From: Eledone cirrhosa
Lineage: Eukaryota
Length of the DNA: 64,000 nucleotides
NCBI GenBank assembly: GCA_964016885.1
Contig: OZ024742.1
Coordinates: 364,126,001 to 364,190,000, forward strand
Direction of reading: 5' to 3'
In this document: positions 57,771 through 64,000 of the stretch, one piece after another
How positions within the stretch are numbered: position 1 is the stretch's first letter
How the letters are laid out: the number at the start of each line of letters is the position of its first letter
Made by a program: the position numbers and the translations under genes
The notes under the pieces: model-generated
Database searches by the model: none
Told to the model about the DNA's origin: nothing
What the model saw: only the letters and a program-made list of their open reading frames with translations

Positions 57771-58498
57771 TAAACGAAAAAAAAGAAACGGAATTTCATT
57801 TCTCAGTCTTAGTACGGCTGTAACTTAAATATAAGTATGTATACGTACATACATATATGTATACAGCCGTACAGTGGTATGTATATATATATACATACCT
57901 GCACATATATATATATATATGTACGTATGGATTCACCGAACATTTATTATAATGCTCGGTGTGTTTGTAAACAAACATCCCGAATTAAGCCGTCAGTGTC
58001 TAGCAACCATCGTTGCTCATTTGTTCAACACTGACAAAGGAACGCTGTACTAGTTTCAAGCTTATTAGCTGTCGTCAGCAACGTATACCTTCCTGCCAGA
58101 TGATTGAACGTCTGAAAGTATATACTTTCCTTATGCATATTAACGGCTGAGCAGACTAATTTGCATATCGAGTGAGTTAATCGGCCGGGGTACCGAAAAC
58201 GGTAAACGGAAAAAATGAAACGAAATTTCATTTCTCACTCTTAGTACGGCTGTTACTTAAATATAAGTATGTATACGTACATACATATATGTATACAGAC
58301 GTACAGTAGTATGTATATATATATACATACATGCACACATATATATATATACGTATGGATTCACCGAACATTTATTATAATGCTCGGTGTGTTTGTAAAC
58401 AAACATCCCGCATTAAGCCGTACAGTGTCTAGCAACCATCGTTGCTCATAAGGAAAGTATATACTTTCAGACGTTCAATCATCTGGCAGGAAGGTATA
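57771..58498 (-). mobile_element. Retrozyme/PLE-like non-coding element: partial tandem repeat plus a short inverted 5' segment (related to 10306-10963)
   Basis: 57771-58020 repeats at 58203-58449; 58447-58498 is inverted 58084-58135; shares gactaatttgcata and hammerhead context with 10560-10745. Confidence 0.75.
58042..58084 (-). ncRNA. Type I minimal hammerhead ribozyme
   Basis: Minus strand: acgttg-CTGACGA-c-agct-aata-agct-t-GAAAC-ta-GTA-cagcgt. Confidence 0.75.
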
Positions 58499-59249
58499 TT
58501 TATTTGAACTTTAAAAATCCATGCTTATTGCTTCCACACGTCACAACTATAAATATTAACATTTCCTGCATAAACTTTTTATATTACCTCCAACATAAAC
58601 ATGTTGCCTGCAACTAATTCATCATCGAGGTTAACCTTGCCTTTCATCCTTACAGGGTCGATTAAATGAAGTACCAGTAATACACTGGGATAATTGCTGG
58701 CCTTGTGCCAAGAGTAGAAACGATTATTAACATTCTTTGTATAATATGCTTGATACATTAACTTTAAGTAATACGCTCTTTATAACACCTTTCAATATTT
58801 TACTATCTTTTCATTGTAATATTATTTTGTTTTCCTTGCTCTTCAATATAATGTCACTGACACTATTACTTATAATTGTTTCTAATTTTGGCACAAGGCC
58901 AGCAATTATCTCAGTGTATTACTGGTACTATGTTACCGTCCCCATAAGGATAAAAATCAAAGTTAACCTATTACATATAATGTATCTTAATGAATGTTCT
59001 AAATATTAGGAATTTAATTACTTGTTTTAAGATTGTATATGCTCCGATGGATACAGATATTTGTCTGGAAGAAACGATCGTCAGTAATCAAATACCTTAA
59101 ACAAAAATTTGCTTGTTTTCTATGTTGTATTACTGTAATATATCTGATATTTTACATACAGAGAATTTTCTTACTGGTAATTGGGTAATACAAAATATTA
59201 CCCATTCTTATTTATAATTGTATATAGATTATATATATATAAGTATAAA

Positions 59250-59283
<34 letters not shown>

Positions 59284-59285
59284 GT

Positions 59286-62200
59286 TCTTTAAGGCTCAGT
59301 CATTGATGTTATTTAACTGGAAAGTTTGTTGAAATGAATATCAAGCCACTACCTGCAGCCTCAGATATTCAGGACGTATCGGAGGGTTCTTGCTGTTCCC
59401 AGCAAGCATGCCTTTTGAAGTGTTCCAAAAAGCGGGGCCGGACCAATTTTCTTTAACCATCCTTAGAAACTCTTTGAGATAGTACCTAGTGCGCCGATGA
59501 CAATCGGGACCACTCTGGCCTCATGGCAGTTACAAATCCTTTTTACCTCCCACTTTAAGTCCTGGTATCGGTTAATTTTCTCCCTCTCCTTCTCTTGCAC
59601 TCTCGTGTCGAATGGGCATGCTACATCCACAATCAGACACGATATTTTTCCCTTGACCAAAACCACCAGGTCAGGTCTATTGTGTTCCAGTTTCTTGTCC
59701 GTCTGTATCCTAAAATCCCATAGCACCTTCACCTGATCGTTTTCTATCACCGCCTCTGGCTTATGCTCATACCACTTCTCAGAATGTGGTAAATTGTTTA
59801 CTTTGCATAGATGCCAGTGGATCACCCTGCCCACCACATCATGTCTCCAGCCCTTATAGTGAATCTAGGCTAGGTGTTTACACTCGGATACAATGTGAGC
59901 CACAGTCTCCTCTCTCTCTCCACAGATCCTACACAGTGGGCTAGCCTCCTCCTTGTAAATATGGTGTTTCAGCCACTACGTTTTGAGGGCCTGCTCTTGC
60001 ACATCCATTAACATTCCTTCTGTAGCCTTTTTAAGGTCTCCTCTTTTCAACCAGTTCCATGTCTGTGGATCTCTAAATTCAGTTGTCTCAAAGAAGGTAC
60101 TATGAAGGGATTTTTCATGAAGGTTGCTCTTTCTCCTTGTTGTTATTTCCTCCTTGGACCTCCCCCGGTCTATTGTCCTCTCATTCAGTACAATTCTGAG
60201 CATTGGCTCCCTACTATCAGTCACGTATTTGTGTAGGTTGTTTTTCTCCATCTGAACACAGTCTTCTATGCTGATAAGACCTCTTCCACCTTCAGATCTC
60301 CTCAGTGTATTTAGAATGTATTCAGATCTTATCAATTCCTCCATTTTTTTGTTCTTGATGTCATCAGCCTCCAGAACACCTAAATACTTGTATCCTCTTC
60401 AGCATCAATTTCCTTTATCTTCTCACCTGTTGGTATCTGGATTCCGTTGCTTCTGCTCAGTTTACCCCTCTTCATCACAAGGACTCCACACTTAATAATA
60501 CCAAATTGCCTACATATATCATTGCTGAAAATAAGAACAGTGTCAACAAGCACATCCAACTCCCTCTCACTCTTCCCGAAGAGCTTAAGATCGTCCATGA
60601 AGAGGAGGTGATTGGTGGTAAGCTCTCCCTTTCCCAACTTGTATCCTGCTCTCACTTTTCGCAGTACAATGATCAGGACAAGGACAAACAACAGAGGGGA
60701 CAAACTATCTCCCTGGAAGATACCTCTCTTAATCTTCATGCCTCCAAGGATTCTCCGCCTGATGTTAACTTTATTTTCCAGGACTTCATACTTTTGCTCA
60801 ACAACTGTCTGATGTTATCTGCCATCCTGAAGATCTCTAGGCTTTTGGTTATCCAAGAATGAGGTACCATGTCGAATGCATCTTTGTAGTCTATCCATCC
60901 CATGGCAAGACCAGTGTGTCTCCTCTTGTAATTCTTCATTACTATCTTATCAATAAGTAACTGGTCCTTTCTACCACAGGACTTCTTTCGGCATCCTTTC
61001 TGTTCGTCCGGTAACAAGTTGTTTATGTGGAGGTGATGGTAGATTTCCTCAGACACAATGCTTGTTAACAGTTTCCACATTACGGACAGATATGTGATAG
61101 GTCTATAGTTGGTAACATCATTACCCTTGATTCGGTCTTTCATTACCAGAACTGTGGTACCTTTCGTCAACCACTCTAGTACGTCAACTGACATCAAGCA
61201 GTCATTGAACATGGTTGTCAGTTTCGGGTGGAGGGATGTTATATTTTTAATCCAATACCCCTGCACACCATCTGGGCCTGGTGATTTCCAGTTGGTTAGT
61301 TTTCTTGCCTGCTCCTTAAGAGTTTCAACTGTGATACTCAAATCAGTTTGATGGTGTGCCTGTTCGCTAATCGTCTTTTGTACTGTCTCAATCCACACTG
61401 CCTGATCATTATGTTTAACATTCTGCTCCCATATTCCTCTCCAGAATGTCTTAGTTTTTTCCGCTTCAGGGATCAAGTCGTTGCCTCTTTCTTTCCCTTC
61501 AAGCTGCCCAAACAACATCTTCTGGTTATTGTCAAACATGCGGTTCTGTCTATACTGACTGACTCTGCTCTCGTATCGCCTAATCTTTACGCTCTTTGCT
61601 ACAATGCGTTGCTTCAGCTCCTCTATGATAATATTTAACTTTTTCCTCCTAGTTTTGTACTTTATTTCCAGTCTAATTTTAGTTTCTATGTTTTGTAGTG
61701 TCCCATTCAGTAGGGACTCAAGCTTTCCAATATCATTTCTAATTTCCCTGATTTGACCATTCAGTCGTTTCTTCCACCAAGGTTCTGATCATTCTTGTTT
61801 GTTGTTTCCTCTCGCTTTTATGTCAAGTAATTTCCTCACCGCATTTGCTGTTGCTTTGATGATATTGTTGCACTGGTGAAGGTTCCTCGCCTCAAGGATG
61901 GGATGACTTTGTTTACCTTAGCTGTTGTTTCTTTTAACTTTTTCCTGTCTACAAATCTTAGGTTCATAAGTTTCCCACTATCATTGTTCATTTCATCTAC
62001 CACTAAGTTTAGGATATCAACCAAATCTTATCCTAGCCCGTCAGCATTCATTTCCTCAATGGCCGTATCTTTGTTCCAGTTATTATTTATTTCAGCATTC
62101 AGATCATTGTCTGCTTCGGTTGCTTCCTCCGTTCTCTCAACCTCTTCACCTTCATCTCCCACTGGCCCGTTTGCCTGTCATACGCCACTCTCCATTTCCA

Positions 62201-62600
62201 ATCTAATCTCTCGGCTGAATTCCTCCAGTTCTAGCTCGCTTATCCACCCATTAGTTCTTATTACCCGAGCCTGCCCGGCCAAATTTTGTTCATCTAATTT
62301 AAGTAGACCAATCTCGTTCCATATGCTATACATCCGTTTCGTATAGCCATTTTCTTTGGGGTTACTCTTCAGGTAACATTGCATAACAGTTCTATTCAAT
62401 TCTTTCGTCCAGTTGGTTCTGGTTCTTTTCCTTCTTCTTCTTACTCCAACACCAGCAGTATTTGGATGACAGCCAGGTCCCTGCTCTTCTGCTGGGCCAG
62501 GGAGCTCCTGCTGGGTGAGAGTCTGTCACATGACATTCCAGTCTCCACTTCACCGTTATACGAACTGTTTATGTTCGACATTTAAACACTCATATCGAGG
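59286..62600 (-). mobile_element. Near full-length, degenerate Dong/R4-clade non-LTR retrotransposon (RT, CCHC, restriction-like endonuclease) ending in (TAA)n
   Basis: N-terminal WTKELNRTVMQCY..GYTKRM..EQNLAGQARVI; WKSPGPDGVQGYWIK, NYRPIT, EQKGC, WIDYKDAFDMVPH, RGIFQGDSLSPLLF, LLFMDDLKL; CRIC..ETVAHIVSEC; WDFRIQTD..NRPDLVV..DVACP..EKINRYQDL..PIVIGALG; (TAA)n at 59252-59285. Confidence 0.92.
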
Positions 62601-62970
62601 ATTAGTGAATGTATGGTTACATTACCACCGGTGATTTCATGACCCCCGTTGATTTGATCACCCCCGGTCATTTTAGCGTGACACTATCACGCTGTAGACG
62701 AACATAAATAAACAAACAAACAAACAGGTAAAAACCCCCCAAAATAAGCATAAGTTTCATTGTAATGAAATGTTGAATGTCTGACTTAGTTTTTTTGCTT
62801 GTCTGTCTATTAGTTTTTCTTTTCTTCTTTCATTTCTTTACGTCCTTTGTTGCTGCTGTGCTGTTTTGATTTTGATTTTTGATTTTTTGATTTTTTGACC
62901 GGGTCATCAAATCAGTCTATTTATATCTATTGATGCCTTCCTCATTTAGTGGGAGCACTATGATGCCTGT

Positions 62971-63128
62971 CTTAGCAGGAGGCAGTGGGAGACAATAGCG
63001 GCGGCAGCGATGATGAGGCAGTTGTGGTGTTGGTGATGTGCTAGTAGTACTTAGCAGGAGGTAGTGGGAGAGAATAGCGGCAGTAGCGATAATGAGGCAG
63101 TGGTGGTGGTGATGTGATCGTAGTACTG
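62971..63128. repeat. Two-copy degenerate ~81-bp tandem repeat
   Basis: ttagcaggaggcagtgggagacaatagcggc... recurs at about 63051. Confidence 0.7.
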
Positions 63129-63488
63129 TAGTGATGGTGTTGAAGTTGAAGTAAAATAGAAGTTGAGGTTACTTGACTAGAGTTTTTGGCGTGGTAGTGG
63201 TGATGGTGGCGGTGGTGGTGTTGGTGGTGAAATTATTTGCCTGTCTGTCCACTTAACCATTTTACTGTTTTCCGACTATAACATTTCTGATCCAAAATTA
63301 AATATTAAATATTCGGGCCCTATGCCATAATGTGATGCGTTGTCGATTGCTGAGGGTCAACAACTGTAATCTTATATTTCATTTGTAATAATAATTATTC
63401 TATCACAGTTGTTTTAAATAAGTAAAAATCAAAAACTGACGGGAGCGATTCCATAACGATATATATCCACCATTTACGTTTTCTTCCC

Positions 63489-63539
<51 letters not shown>

Positions 63540-64000
63540 AGTTGCATTGATCTTGCTTTATGTTCATACGAGTTATCACCAAGACACAACCAGTGACCTC
63601 AAGAGACAACAAGGTCCGCCATGTTCAAGAAAGAACATACATACTCACACATGCATCTTTAGGTGTTTAGACTTGTGATGTACTTATATTGACAGAATCT
63701 TCCTTAGTATATGGGCAGTTCCCATTAGTACTATCTTTCGTATTTCTCCTTACGCGGGTTTCCTGGGATTTGCGATAAGTAATCATTAGACCCCTTAGGT
63801 ATCATTCCCAGAGCGCCTACAACCACTGGTATTGTTTTAGTTCTCAATTTCCACATTTTTCCAATTTCTATCTCCAGGTCCTTATACTTGCTCAATTTTT
63901 CAAATGTTTTTATAGATACATTCTTGTCTATTGGAACAGACATATCAATTAGCAGGCATACCCTCTTTTTAAAGTCCTTCAATATTATATCAGGTCAATT
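63540..64000 (-). mobile_element. 3' end of a second Dong/R4-clade family (restriction-like endonuclease) ending in (TAA)n
   Basis: PDIILKDFKKRVCLLIDMSVP..EKLSKYKDLEIEIGKMW..IPVVVGALG; (TAA)n at 63490-63538; runs off the window edge. Confidence 0.85.

Overview
AT-rich, repeat-saturated eukaryotic DNA, most likely a cephalopod (octopus-like) judging by the SINE sequences. No host protein-coding gene can be supported. The window is a cluster of retroelements inserted in (TA)n microsatellites. It holds an RTE-type LINE plus a 5'-inverted short copy, a CR1-type LINE fragment, a Tx1/L1-like 3' end, two Dong/R4-type LINEs ending in (TAA)n, an internally deleted mariner, a Helitron/Helentron-like non-autonomous element, tRNA-derived SINEs and a 12.5-kb 36/38-bp minisatellite. 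It also holds Penelope-like elements (PLEs) from about three GIY-YIG lineages. Highlights: (1) a two-ORF PLE whose RT/GIY-YIG frame lacks a Met before its conserved N-terminal motif and overlaps ORF1 at an in-frame T_TTT_TTA heptamer, a candidate -1 frameshift kept in both copies; (2) about 13 minimal hammerhead ribozyme motifs from about 7 families, with covariation and variant cores; (3) a tandem non-coding element whose hammerhead core strands appear in a non-canonical order; (4) pervasive fold-back structures and inverted duplication of flanking DNA at TA insertion sites.
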